Shown here: in pieces, positions 28,739 through 37,809 of the stretch | Layout of the letters: each line of letters starts with the position of its first letter | How positions within the stretch are numbered: position 1 is the stretch's first letter | Assembly: GCA_964291625.2 (NCBI GenBank) | Contig: OZ220089.1 | Coordinates: 2,368,001 to 2,432,000, forward strand | DNA length: 64,000 nucleotides | Reading direction: 5' to 3' | Source of the DNA: Candidatus Latescibacterota bacterium | Lineage (GTDB): Bacteria > Latescibacterota > UBA2968 > UBA8231 | Translations under genes and position numbers: made by a program | Notes under the pieces: model-generated | Told to the model about the DNA's origin: nothing | Databases searched by the model: none | What the model saw: only the letters and a program-made list of their open reading frames with translations

Positions 28739-29826
28739 TGCCCACCCTCGTCGAACGTCGCGGAAGCCTCTTCCCCACATCGGTCGTCGGCTCCCTGCCC
28801 AGGCCCGGGTACGTGCGCGAGATCGTCGTCGACGGACGCCGGGACGAAGGCTGGCAGCGGCGCCTCGACACCGCCGTGGCCCACGCCGTCTCGCTGCAGG
28901 AGGCGGCCGGCCTCGACGTCGTCTCCGACGGCGAGTGGAGGCGCGCTTCCTACATCGGGATCATCGCCGAGCTGGCCGACGGCTTCGAGGTGAGCCAGAC
29001 CGAGGACGGCCGCCCGTGGACGGTGGTCACCGGGGCGGTGGAGGTCCGGGACCAGGGAGTCGTGGCCGCCGAGGTCGAGCACCTGCGCTCGCTGACCGAC
29101 CGCCTGATCAAGGTGGCCTTGCCGTCGCCGGCCCTGCTGGCCGAGCGCATGTGGGACGAGGATCTGTCCATCGAAGCCTACGAGACGCCCCGCGCCTTCG
29201 CCGAGGCCGTGGCGCCGGTCCTGCGGCGCGAGGCCGAGCTGGTCGTCGAAGCCGGCGCCGACATCGTGCAGGTCGACGACCCCCACCTGTGCCTGCTCGT
29301 CGACCCCGAGGTCCGCGCCCACTACGACGACGAGGATTGGGACGCCGACGAGGAGGCCGCCTTCTCGGTGGACATGGACAACGAGGTCCTCGTGGGCATC
29401 GCCGGCGAGGCCGTGCGCGCCGTGCACCTCTGCCGCCGCGCCGGCGCCCGCGTCCGCGGCGAGGCCTACCACAGCGGCGACTACACCGCCATCGTCCCCG
29501 CCCTGGAGCAGCTCGACACCGACCACCTGACCCTGGAGTTCACCAACCCCGGCGCCGGCGCCGTGGAAGTCCTGGAGCAGTTACCCGATCACCTGGAGAT
29601 CGGCCTCGGCTGCGTCAGCGTCCACCCCGGCGAGATCGACGACGCCGCCCAGATCGTGGAGCGAGTGGAGCAGGCCGTGGAGGTGATCGGCGCCGAGCGC
29701 ATCGTCCTCAACCCCGACTGCGGCTTCGCGCCGGGGTCGGCGGCGCGGGTGGATCTGGATGAGGTTTATCGGAAGCTGCAGTACCAGGCGGAGGCGGCGC
29801 GGCGGTTGAGGGGGATCTACGGGTGA
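28738..29826 (+). CDS. Cobalamin-independent methionine synthase II (MetE C-terminal-like) family protein
   Basis: VVGSLPRP, DGEWRR, QVDDP, Zn ligands HLC..E..NPDCGF; TGATG overlap with the upstream gene. Confidence 0.85.
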   Translation: MPTLVERRGSLFPTSVVGSLPRPGYVREIVVDGRRDEGWQRRLDTAVAHAVSLQEAAGLDVVSDGEWRRASYIGIIAELADGFEVSQTEDGRPWTVVTGAVEVRDQGVVAAEVEHLRSLTDRLIKVALPSPALLAERMWDEDLSIEAYETPRAFAEAVAPVLRREAELVVEAGADIVQVDDPHLCLLVDPEVRAHYDDEDWDADEEAAFSVDMDNEVLVGIAGEAVRAVHLCRRAGARVRGEAYHSGDYTAIVPALEQLDTDHLTLEFTNPGAGAVEVLEQLPDHLEIGLGCVSVHPGEIDDAAQIVERVEQAVEVIGAERIVLNPDCGFAPGSAARVDLDEVYRKLQYQAEAARRLRGIYG

Positions 29827-29964
29827 GGGAAGGCTGGACGTACCATGGCCAGCGCGGATTGGTCGACGGCGATTTCGCGAATGGGGTCGTTCTACGACAA
29901 TCTCTCGCGGAATCTCAGGTCACTCTGCGGTAAACTCTCGCCAAATCCCAGGAGGTATGGGCGT

Positions 29965-30324
29965 ATGACCTGCGGCACCTGCAACGAGACCGTGAAGTCT
30001 GTGGGCACCATCCGGGTGGATCTGTCGACGGACCAGAAGATCTACTTCTCACCAAACGCTGAACACTCTGCTTCGGGCAACGGCAAGCACTACGCAGTGT
30101 TCCTTCCGGACGGCGGATGCACGAACGGGGTCGCAATCCCTTTCTGCGACCCGCTCCGAGGTCTTCCGATTAAGTTGGGATGCTCCCCTAAGCTGTCCGA
30201 CCTTGTCGCAGCCGCTGCGCAGCAGACAGCGGTCGAAGTCAAAGTCAAAGCCAAAGTCACCAAGAAGGCAGAGAACTTGACTTTGGAGAGCATCGTCATT
30301 CCTGGCCCCCGTACGAAGAGATGA
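29965..30324 (+). CDS. Hypothetical 119-aa protein, translationally coupled to the SIR2-like gene
   Basis: AGGAGG at 29950-29955, ATG 29965; stop overlaps the next start (ATGA 30321-30324); no motif recognised. Confidence 0.7.
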   Translation: MTCGTCNETVKSVGTIRVDLSTDQKIYFSPNAEHSASGNGKHYAVFLPDGGCTNGVAIPFCDPLRGLPIKLGCSPKLSDLVAAAAQQTAVEVKVKAKVTKKAENLTLESIVIPGPRTKR

Positions 30325-32003
30325 GATCCCGCTCCCCAACGGTCCTGTTCTGGGGGGCCGGTGCGACTGCATCCCTCGGGATTCACATGACGGAGCACCA
30401 AGGGCAATTCCTCCGTGCGCTCACACCCCTTCCTGAACGGTCGGAGAGACTCGAGGACCGAGTTCGCAGTGCCCTCGCGGAAGACATTTCGGACAAGTGG
30501 GTATCGGCGTTCTGCGACCTCCTCAAGATTCTCGGAGACAGCGAGGAGGGCACCGAGGACAGGCTCTCAGCTGCTGACGTCCGCACCGAGCAGATAGAGG
30601 CGATGAAGGACAACTGGGAATCCCAAGAGGATGAGGCGCTCCGCCAACGCATTGTCGAGCTGCGCGGCCTTTACGACTGGCCAGCGCTGGTGGCCGCCAT
30701 CAACGTGTGCCCAAGGGGCGTCCCCCGCGACGCCGGGGGCGAGCGGCATGAGCCCCAATTCAAGCTAGTTGACCTCTTCAACCTTCTGGACATGCACGAG
30801 CAGAGCGGTCATGGGTTCCCGGACCGACAGCAGAGGTTTCTCCCCCCGCAACGGGTCATCGGTGCCCGGGGGGCATTGGTACTGCTCATCCAAGCCCTGA
30901 TCTACGTTGACTGGCATTCCCGCGCCCGAGACTGCCCGGACCTTCAGCACCACTTGGCGTTCGGCCTCGAGCTCGGTCGCAAGGTGCAACGTGAAGGCCT
31001 GAGGTTCGACACGGAGGCTGGACCTGACGACTTCGAGCTGGACGACTTCATCCAGGGGGACGTGAGCGTCGTGAGCATGAACTGGGACCCGGTAGGGCTA
31101 TGGGCCCAATTCTTGGCGAATCGCTCCCTAAACCAAGCTTCCAATGTGCCGCACGTCGGTTGTCCGGCCTATAGGCTACAGCTCTACCACGATCTCGGCT
31201 ACTTCGTGGCGGGGCCCAGAGTTGACAAGGGGCACGCCGGAAACAGCGTCTGGCAACCCATGAACATCTCGTCCGCCAGGCAACTCAATGATCGCACCCA
31301 CGGAGCGAACCTGCGGATTCGCGTGAGCAAGTATCTCTTTCCGCACGGGTGCCTGTGGTGGCGCGAGTGCCCGAACTGCGGAAAGCTGTCATCCTACATT
31401 GGGGACAAGTGGGAGATGAGTTCGGAATCGCTGCTCCCCCCGCCCCCGCTCAGGGCCTTCGTGCAAGACCGGCACTTTGAGAGCTGGCTCGAAAATGACA
31501 AGGAGAGATGTAGATGGCACATGGGTGAAGTTGATGTCCGCGCTTGCGTCCATTGCAGGCACTTGACCTATGCGCACCACACACCCCTGATGATGCAAAC
31601 GAGCTTCAAAACCGCGCCACCGCCTTTCCTTGAGGAGATACAGCGCGAAATGCGTGTGGTAGTGCAGGAAGCAAAACACGTCGTTCTAGTCGGATACTCC
31701 CTGCCTCCCGACGACGTCACCTACCGCGCCTTCCTCGCTGCAAGAATCCGTAAGAGTTCCGAGCACGGAGAGGACGCGGTTCGGTGCAGCGTGATCGGCA
31801 AGGAAGTCGGCTACGAGAGCCGATGGCTCTATCCCGAAGAGCTCGATACCAAGGGCAGACTCCCTGATGCGGTGAAGCACGCACGTGAGGTTTTCCAGGC
31901 CAAGAACGTCAGATTTTTCGGTTCCGGGGTCCCTGATGTCTTCCTGGACGGCGCCGAAGGCGTCTCCCAAAGTGCTGTCGAGCGAGTGCTCACTTGGGAA
32001 TGA
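30321..32003 (+). CDS. SIR2-like (sirtuin/NADase-fold) protein with Zn-binding CxxC pairs
   Basis: FWGAGATAS, SMNWD, FPHGCLWW, CPNC...CVHC and VLVGYSLPPDD occur in canonical SIR2 order. Confidence 0.75.
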   Translation: MRSRSPTVLFWGAGATASLGIHMTEHQGQFLRALTPLPERSERLEDRVRSALAEDISDKWVSAFCDLLKILGDSEEGTEDRLSAADVRTEQIEAMKDNWESQEDEALRQRIVELRGLYDWPALVAAINVCPRGVPRDAGGERHEPQFKLVDLFNLLDMHEQSGHGFPDRQQRFLPPQRVIGARGALVLLIQALIYVDWHSRARDCPDLQHHLAFGLELGRKVQREGLRFDTEAGPDDFELDDFIQGDVSVVSMNWDPVGLWAQFLANRSLNQASNVPHVGCPAYRLQLYHDLGYFVAGPRVDKGHAGNSVWQPMNISSARQLNDRTHGANLRIRVSKYLFPHGCLWWRECPNCGKLSSYIGDKWEMSSESLLPPPPLRAFVQDRHFESWLENDKERCRWHMGEVDVRACVHCRHLTYAHHTPLMMQTSFKTAPPPFLEEIQREMRVVVQEAKHVVLVGYSLPPDDVTYRAFLAARIRKSSEHGEDAVRCSVIGKEVGYESRWLYPEELDTKGRLPDAVKHAREVFQAKNVRFFGSGVPDVFLDGAEGVSQSAVERVLTWE

Positions 32004-32250
32004 TGCTAAGGGCTTGGCGGATCGTGAAGATCCTCACCGTAGCTGAAGTGTCCCCGTCCGATAGAACTGGTCGCAACCCCGGTGCCGTTCGACGTGCGCC
32101 TATTATGGACGCGGTCCCCCCGTTGAACGAGTTGAGGATCCAGGTGCATCCTCGAGACCGGCTGCGAAAGCAGATGGAGGGGGTTGACCGCGGACCTGTC
32201 CGAAGACCGGGACGCAGTTCCGGGCGCGCTGCGCCAGCATGGTCCATGAC

Positions 32251-35079
32251 ATGACACCGGGCGACTTCATCGCCAAGTGGCGGGCCTCGGAGCTGAAGGA
32301 GCGCTCGGCTTCGCAGGAGCACTTCATCGACTTGTGCCGGCTCCTGGACGAGCCGACGCCGGCCGAGGCCGATCCGACCGGCGAAACCTACTGCTTCGAG
32401 AAGGGCGCCCGCAGGGAGACCGGCGGCGACGGCTGGGCGGACGTGTGGAAGCGGCACTGCTTCGCCTGGGAGTACAAGGGTCTGCGCGCCAACCTCGACG
32501 CCGCCTTCGACCAGCTCCGGCAGTACGCTCTCGCCCTTGAGAACCCGCCGCTCCTGATCGTCTCCGACATGCGGCGGTTCCGCATCCGCACCAACTGGAC
32601 CAACAGCGTCAGCGAGATCCACGACTTCGACATCGAGGACCTCGCCGATGCCTCCGTGCGCGACAAGCTCAAGTGGGCGGTCTCCGACCCCGAACGGCTG
32701 CGGCCCGGTGAAACCCGCCAAGCCCTCACCGAGCGCGCCGCCAAGGCCTTCGCTTCGCTGGCACAGTTTCTGCGCGAACGCGGCAACGATCCGCGGCCGG
32801 TGGCCCACTTCGTCAACCGCCTCGTGTTCTGCATGTTCGCCGAAGATGTGGGCCTGCTGCCGAACGACATGTTCACGCGGATGCTGCAGCAGGCGCGCGG
32901 TCGGCCGGACGAGTTCGCCAACATGGCCCGCGACCTGTTCGGGGCAATGTGCCAGGGCGGCCGGGTCGGCTTCGAGACCGTGGAGTGGTTCAACGGTGGC
33001 CTCTTCGACGACGACACCTCACTGTCCCTCGAGAAGCCCGAGATCGACATCGTGCTGGAGGCGGCGGACCTCGACTGGTCAGAGATCGATCCCTCGATCC
33101 TTGGGACCCTGTTCGAGCGCGGCCTCGACCCGGACAAGCGCTCCCAGCTCGGGGCGCACTATACCGACCGCGACAAGATCATGCGCATCGTTGAGCCCGT
33201 GGTCGTCCGTCCCCTCCTCGCCGAATGGCAGAAGGTGAAGGGAGAGATCGCAGCGGCTCTGGAGCGCGCCGACCAGGCCCGGTCGAGGGCGGCGGCCACA
33301 CGGCAGCGGGGACAGGCGAACCGGCTATTGCGCACCTTCCTCGAAGGTCTGCGGGGCTTCACGGTCCTCGACCCCGCCTGCGGCTCAGGCAACTTCCTCT
33401 ACCTGGCGCTGCAGTCGCTCAAGGACCTGGAGCACCGCGTGCAGCTGGAGGCGGACGCCATGGGCCTTCAGCGGGAGTTCCCAGGGGTCGGGCCCGCCAA
33501 CGTCCAGGGGATCGAGATCAACCCCTACGCCGCCGAGCTTGCCCGCGTGTCGGTGTGGGTCGGCGAGATCCAGTGGATGCGGCGCAACGGATTCGGCGAG
33601 CTGCGCGATCCGATCCTCAAGCCTCTCGACACCATCGAATGCCGGGACGCGATCCTGACGCCGGAGAACGGTGAGCCGGATTGGCCGCAGGCTGACGTGG
33701 TGATCGGTAACCCGCCCTTTCTCGGGGGGAAGCTCCTGAACGCCCACCTCGGGGAGGAGTACGTCTCGCGAATGTTCCAGGTGTATGAAGGCCGCGTGCC
33801 GGCCGAGGCCGATCTCGTCTGCTACTGGTTCGTGAAGGCCGGACAGCACCTCGCCGCCGGTCAGGCGAAGCGGGCCGGACTCGTCTCGACCAATTCCATT
33901 CGCGGAGGCGCCAACAGACGGGCTTTGCAGGCCGCCGTCGAGGGCCGGCCGATCTTCGATGCCTGGAGCGACGAACCGTGGGTGATCGATGGCGCGGCCG
34001 TACGGGTTTCCATGGTCTGCTTCTCGCGGCCGGAGGACGGATCGGTGTCGGAACGGCGGCTCGATGGCGAGCCCGTCGATGCGATCCATGCCGACCTGAC
34101 CGCGACCCGAGGAGACTCTGGCATCGATCTGACAGCTACGCGGCGCCTACCTCGGAACATGGGCGTCGCCTTCATGGGGGACACGAAGGGCGGACCCTTC
34201 GACGTCCCGGGTGCAGTCGCCCGCGAATGGCTACAGGAGCCCACCAACCCGAACGGACGACCCAACTCCGACGTCTTGGAACCATGGATGAACGGCAGGG
34301 ACGTGACCCGGCGTCCGGCGGACAAGTGGATCGTCGATTTCGGCTGCAGCATGGTGCGGGAAGAGGCTGCGCTCTACGAGGCGCCGTTCCAGCACGCCAT
34401 GGAGCACGTCTATCCGATGCGCCAGCGCAACCGCCGGGAAGCCTACCGCACCTATTGGTGGCGGCATGTCGAGCCGAGGCGTGGCATGTGGGATGCGCTC
34501 GACGGCCTAACGCGCTACATCGCCACACCTACGGTGGCTAAACACAGGCTGTTCACCTGGCTTGACGTGCGCGTCTGTCCTGACCACCAACTCATCGTCA
34601 TCGCCCGCGACGACGATACCACCTTCGGCATCCTCCACAGCCGCTTCCACGAGGCGTGGTCCCTTCGCCTCGGCACTTGGCTCGGCAAGGGAAACGACCC
34701 CCGATACACGCCCACCACCACCTTCGAGACCTTCCCCTTCCCCGAGGGGCTGTCGCCCGACGTTCCCGCCGCCGACTATGCGAACGATCCGCGCCCGGTC
34801 GCCATTGCTGAGGCATCCCGCCGGCTCGTCGAACTGCGGGACCGCTGGCTGAACCCGCCTGAATTGGTAGAATGGGTGGACGAGCCTGTGACAGGCTATC
34901 CCCCGCGGGCGGTACCGCGCAACGAAGAGGCGGAGAAGGAGCTGAAGAAGCGTACGCTGACCAACCTCTACAACACCCGCCCGCAGTGGCTCGTAGACAC
35001 ACACGCGGTACTCGATGCGGCCGTGGCCGAGGCCTACGGGGTGGGAGGTGGGAATCTCCGTAGACCGGGCACTGAATGA
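32251..35079 (+). CDS. MmeI-like Type IIG/IIL fused restriction endonuclease-N6A methyltransferase; frameshift near C-terminus (restored frame ends 35134)
   Basis: ADVW...WEYK nuclease motif, DPACGSGNFL (motif I), GNPPF (motif IV), TRD region; removing one G from GGGG 35038-35041 restores AYGW...ALNELLSMN. Confidence 0.88.
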   Translation: MTPGDFIAKWRASELKERSASQEHFIDLCRLLDEPTPAEADPTGETYCFEKGARRETGGDGWADVWKRHCFAWEYKGLRANLDAAFDQLRQYALALENPPLLIVSDMRRFRIRTNWTNSVSEIHDFDIEDLADASVRDKLKWAVSDPERLRPGETRQALTERAAKAFASLAQFLRERGNDPRPVAHFVNRLVFCMFAEDVGLLPNDMFTRMLQQARGRPDEFANMARDLFGAMCQGGRVGFETVEWFNGGLFDDDTSLSLEKPEIDIVLEAADLDWSEIDPSILGTLFERGLDPDKRSQLGAHYTDRDKIMRIVEPVVVRPLLAEWQKVKGEIAAALERADQARSRAAATRQRGQANRLLRTFLEGLRGFTVLDPACGSGNFLYLALQSLKDLEHRVQLEADAMGLQREFPGVGPANVQGIEINPYAAELARVSVWVGEIQWMRRNGFGELRDPILKPLDTIECRDAILTPENGEPDWPQADVVIGNPPFLGGKLLNAHLGEEYVSRMFQVYEGRVPAEADLVCYWFVKAGQHLAAGQAKRAGLVSTNSIRGGANRRALQAAVEGRPIFDAWSDEPWVIDGAAVRVSMVCFSRPEDGSVSERRLDGEPVDAIHADLTATRGDSGIDLTATRRLPRNMGVAFMGDTKGGPFDVPGAVAREWLQEPTNPNGRPNSDVLEPWMNGRDVTRRPADKWIVDFGCSMVREEAALYEAPFQHAMEHVYPMRQRNRREAYRTYWWRHVEPRRGMWDALDGLTRYIATPTVAKHRLFTWLDVRVCPDHQLIVIARDDDTTFGILHSRFHEAWSLRLGTWLGKGNDPRYTPTTTFETFPFPEGLSPDVPAADYANDPRPVAIAEASRRLVELRDRWLNPPELVEWVDEPVTGYPPRAVPRNEEAEKELKKRTLTNLYNTRPQWLVDTHAVLDAAVAEAYGVGGGNLRRPGTE

Positions 35080-35143
35080 ACTGCTGTCCATGAACTATGC
35101 CAGAGGGGAAGCGTCCTTCCCGGCATCTCACTGAAGGGAATGC

Positions 35144-36139
35144 ATGAAAGAGTCTGCGAAGTGTCCTATCTGTCAGAACAAAGATGGTGGCCAGTGCTTG
35201 CGTTACCCCGAGGACGGCACAGACGCCCTCAAGTTCAACTGCGCTACGTGTGGCCAGTACGCAATAGCCAGGACGGCATTCTGCGGCATGTTGAGTCAAG
35301 AGGCTGATGCGCTGACAGTAGTTCAGCGCGCGACTCTAAGTCATCTATTGCGAACGAAGCATGAGAACAACGAGCGCTTCATGGTAGACACCATCTGGCT
35401 TGGAAAATTCCTATCGAATTGTCGACTTCCCACCCCGCATGAACGAACTGCCAATCTGATCCGGTATGTCGGCGACCACGTTTCCCAAACCGGCGATAGC
35501 ATATCCGTTCCTCCAGATCATATCCATGCGATCATCGGGGCGCCGAACCGCGAGGCTGTCATTCGGCTGATGAAGGAGTTGGTCGAGCGTGGAACACTTA
35601 TCGCCGACCCACCTGGTACCGCCGTCCGTGTGGATCCGACTAATGGACCCCCTCTCCGCTTGTTTACCAACATCGATCTCAGTCTGGAAGGGTGGGAACG
35701 CTACGACGAAGAGAAACGTGGGAAGTTCCAAGGAAGCTATGGATTCATGGCCATGAAGTTTGGAGATCCCGATCTCGATCCTTTCGTAAGGGACGTTGTG
35801 AAACCTGCTCTGAGTGATGACCTCGGCTACGATCTTGTGGATATGCGCGATGTATCTCGTGCCGGGGTAGTCGACGACATCATGCGGACCCAGATTCGGG
35901 ATGCAGCCTTTGTCATTGCCGATCTAACACACGATAACCCTGGCGCTTACTGGGAAGCCGGCTATGCAGAGGGTTTGGGAAAGCCCGTCATTTATATTTG
36001 CGAGAAGGAGAAGTTCAAAGAAGAGAGCACTCACTTTGATACGAACCATTGCATGACTGTCCCTTGGTGCCAAGATGATCCCGGTGACTTCCGCGAGAAG
36101 CTGATCGCGACCCTTCGCCGGTCGCTTGAGCCGGTCTGA
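35144..36139 (+). CDS. Zn-ribbon plus helical linker plus nucleoside 2-deoxyribosyltransferase-like (NDT/TIR-like) domain protein
   Basis: CPIC...CATCGQY; C-terminal FMAMKF...IADLTHDNPGAYWEAGYAEGLGKPVIY...HFD; AT-rich. Confidence 0.72.
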   Translation: MKESAKCPICQNKDGGQCLRYPEDGTDALKFNCATCGQYAIARTAFCGMLSQEADALTVVQRATLSHLLRTKHENNERFMVDTIWLGKFLSNCRLPTPHERTANLIRYVGDHVSQTGDSISVPPDHIHAIIGAPNREAVIRLMKELVERGTLIADPPGTAVRVDPTNGPPLRLFTNIDLSLEGWERYDEEKRGKFQGSYGFMAMKFGDPDLDPFVRDVVKPALSDDLGYDLVDMRDVSRAGVVDDIMRTQIRDAAFVIADLTHDNPGAYWEAGYAEGLGKPVIYICEKEKFKEESTHFDTNHCMTVPWCQDDPGDFREKLIATLRRSLEPV

Positions 36140-36168
36140 ATCGGCTACATCCCGGGTTGCACTCCGCA

Positions 36169-36459
36169 TCAGCTCGCTGGCCACACCCGCTCAACCTCAG
36201 TTTCCTCAGCATGCTTCATCGCCTGCGCCAAGTCGTAGGCAGCCTGGAGCCGCAGCCACGTTCCGGCTCCACCCCCAAAGGCCTTGTCGAGCCGGATCGC
36301 CATCTCGGGCGAGATGCCCGCCCTGCAGTTCACGATGTCGGAAAGCCGCTTGCGGCTGACCCCCAGGTGCCTGGCCGCTTCCGTGACGTTCAGCCCCAAA
36401 GGCTCCAGGCAATCGTTCCGCACCGAAAGCCCTGGATGGGGCGGGTTCTTCATCGGCAT
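36169..36459 (-). CDS. higA: HigA-family antitoxin
   Basis: MKNPPHPG...[18 protein letters not shown]...ISPEMAIRL...[10 protein letters not shown]. Confidence 0.92.
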   Translation of the reverse strand: MPMKNPPHPGLSVRNDCLEPLGLNVTEAARHLGVSRKRLSDIVNCRAGISPEMAIRLDKAFGGGAGTWLRLQAAYDLAQAMKHAEETEVERVWPAS

Positions 36460-36462
36460 AGC

Positions 36463-36498
36463 TCATCCCTTCCATTGATGGTCGATCAGGTACACCTC
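36463..36498 (-). pseudogene. Relic of the last codons of a higB toxin gene
   Basis: Immediately upstream of higA the minus strand reads EVYLIDHQWKG-stop, resembling the HigB ending (D/E)VDLxDYH. Confidence 0.4.
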
Positions 36499-36511
36499 GC
36501 TCGGGATCGTC

Positions 36512-37267
36512 TCAACCGGCACGCAGCACAAAGAACTCGTAGCCGTAGTACTCCGAGTAGGCATACCAGATGTCGATTTCCCTCTGGCACTGGTCCGCCA
36601 GCTCCAGCGCGTCCGGCGCGTCGTGGTGGCGCTTGCGGAATGTGGTCACATTGTCCTGCAGTGGCCGGTAGTAGTCGTCCCACCATGCGGACGCGGGGAG
36701 CGGAAAGTGCCCGACCGTCTCGTAGCCGCACGCCTCGATGGCCTCCAGAAGCGCGGAGGTGTCGCGGATGGCCGGGTACTCCCGGTTCCAGAACGCGGCG
36801 CATGCGGCCGGAGGGTTGGGCTTCTGCCAGCACACCTCCGTAAGCGCGATGTGCCCATTGCGCCGCAGCAGGCGGCGCCAGTCGCGCAGGCCCGCTTCGA
36901 CCCCCATGATGTAGATGGCGCCTTCGCACCAGATCAGGTCGAAGGAACCGTCGGCGAAGTCGAGTCGGCGCATGTCGGCCACGCGGGCTTCCAGTCGATC
37001 CGCGATGCCCAGTTCCTGCGCCTTGCCGTTCAGCGCGTCGATGAACGGGGAATGGTTGTCGATGGCGACGATGCGCGACGGTGAGCTTTCCGCCAGGACC
37101 AGTGTCTGGGCGCCGGGTCCACAGCCGATGTCGAGCACGCGGGTCCCCGGCCCGAGGTCCGGCACGAGCCCGAGGGCGCGACGCGTGCTGGCTGCGCTCC
37201 CGGGTCCCTGCCGGGGCAGCCCACTGTGCAGCTCCCAGAACAGCGACATTGCTCGATCCTCCGGCAT
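36512..37267 (-). CDS. Class I SAM-dependent methyltransferase
   Basis: AGGAGGAG RBS; LPRQGPGS, VLDIGCGPG and FDLIWCEGAIY motifs. Confidence 0.9.
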   Translation of the reverse strand: MPEDRAMSLFWELHSGLPRQGPGSAASTRRALGLVPDLGPGTRVLDIGCGPGAQTLVLAESSPSRIVAIDNHSPFIDALNGKAQELGIADRLEARVADMRRLDFADGSFDLIWCEGAIYIMGVEAGLRDWRRLLRRNGHIALTEVCWQKPNPPAACAAFWNREYPAIRDTSALLEAIEACGYETVGHFPLPASAWWDDYYRPLQDNVTTFRKRHHDAPDALELADQCQREIDIWYAYSEYYGYEFFVLRAG

Positions 37268-37373
37268 GACTCCTCCTGTCGATGGTCTTCGAGACGTGCG
37301 GCCCGGGCCGCCCCGGCCGAGCCCCACAGAGATTACCAGGCGTTCTGCACCGGTGCACGAGTGGGGCCGGTTC

Positions 37374-37401
37374 TTGACAGAGGGTTCCCAGAAGGTATGC
37401 T
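37374..37401 (+). promoter_or_regulatory. Sigma70-type promoter of the MNT-HEPN locus
   Basis: TTGACA-16 nt-TATGCT, followed by GGGAGGGAG and ATG 37426. Confidence 0.6.
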
Positions 37402-37425
37402 GGTCCTCTTCACTCGGGAGGGAGC

Positions 37426-37809
37426 ATGGCTGTCGATCCTGCCGCCGCCGCCCGCTGGATTGTCAGCCGGCACGAGCGGCGGCGTAAGGCCCTTCGCCGG
37501 CGGTTGCAGTCGGCCCAGGAGGACGCGGCCCGGATCATTTCCGCAATTGCCGCGCAGTACCGGCCCCTGCGCATCTACCAGTGGGGATCCCTCGTCCGTA
37601 CCGAACGCTTCACCGAGATCTCCGATATCGACATCGCCGTCGAGGGGATGGACTGCGACGAGCCGACCCTGGCGGCCATCCGCACGCAGGCGGATTCGAT
37701 GACCGACTTCCACGTCGACCTGGTGGCCATGGAGCGCCTCGAGCCCGGGAGGGCCGACCTCATCCGGCGGTTCGGCACAGTGGCATGGGAAGATGGAGAC
37801 CGGGGCTGA
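37426..37809 (+). CDS. Minimal nucleotidyltransferase (MNT/MntA-type antitoxin)
   Basis: WGS...SDIDIAVEG...VDLV (GSx10DxD) motif; overlaps the HEPN start. Confidence 0.85.
   Translation: MAVDPAAAARWIVSRHERRRKALRRRLQSAQEDAARIISAIAAQYRPLRIYQWGSLVRTERFTEISDIDIAVEGMDCDEPTLAAIRTQADSMTDFHVDLVAMERLEPGRADLIRRFGTVAWEDGDRG

Noticed and set aside
29845-29964. Longer 159-aa start for the small ORF
   Set aside because: The AGGAGG at 29950-29955 is well spaced for ATG 29965, while the 29845 start has only a weak RBS.
32004-32250. Possible ncRNA or small ORF between the SIR2 and R-M genes
   Set aside because: Only a short hairpin (GAGGAT...ATCCTC) and ORFs without motifs; not enough support.
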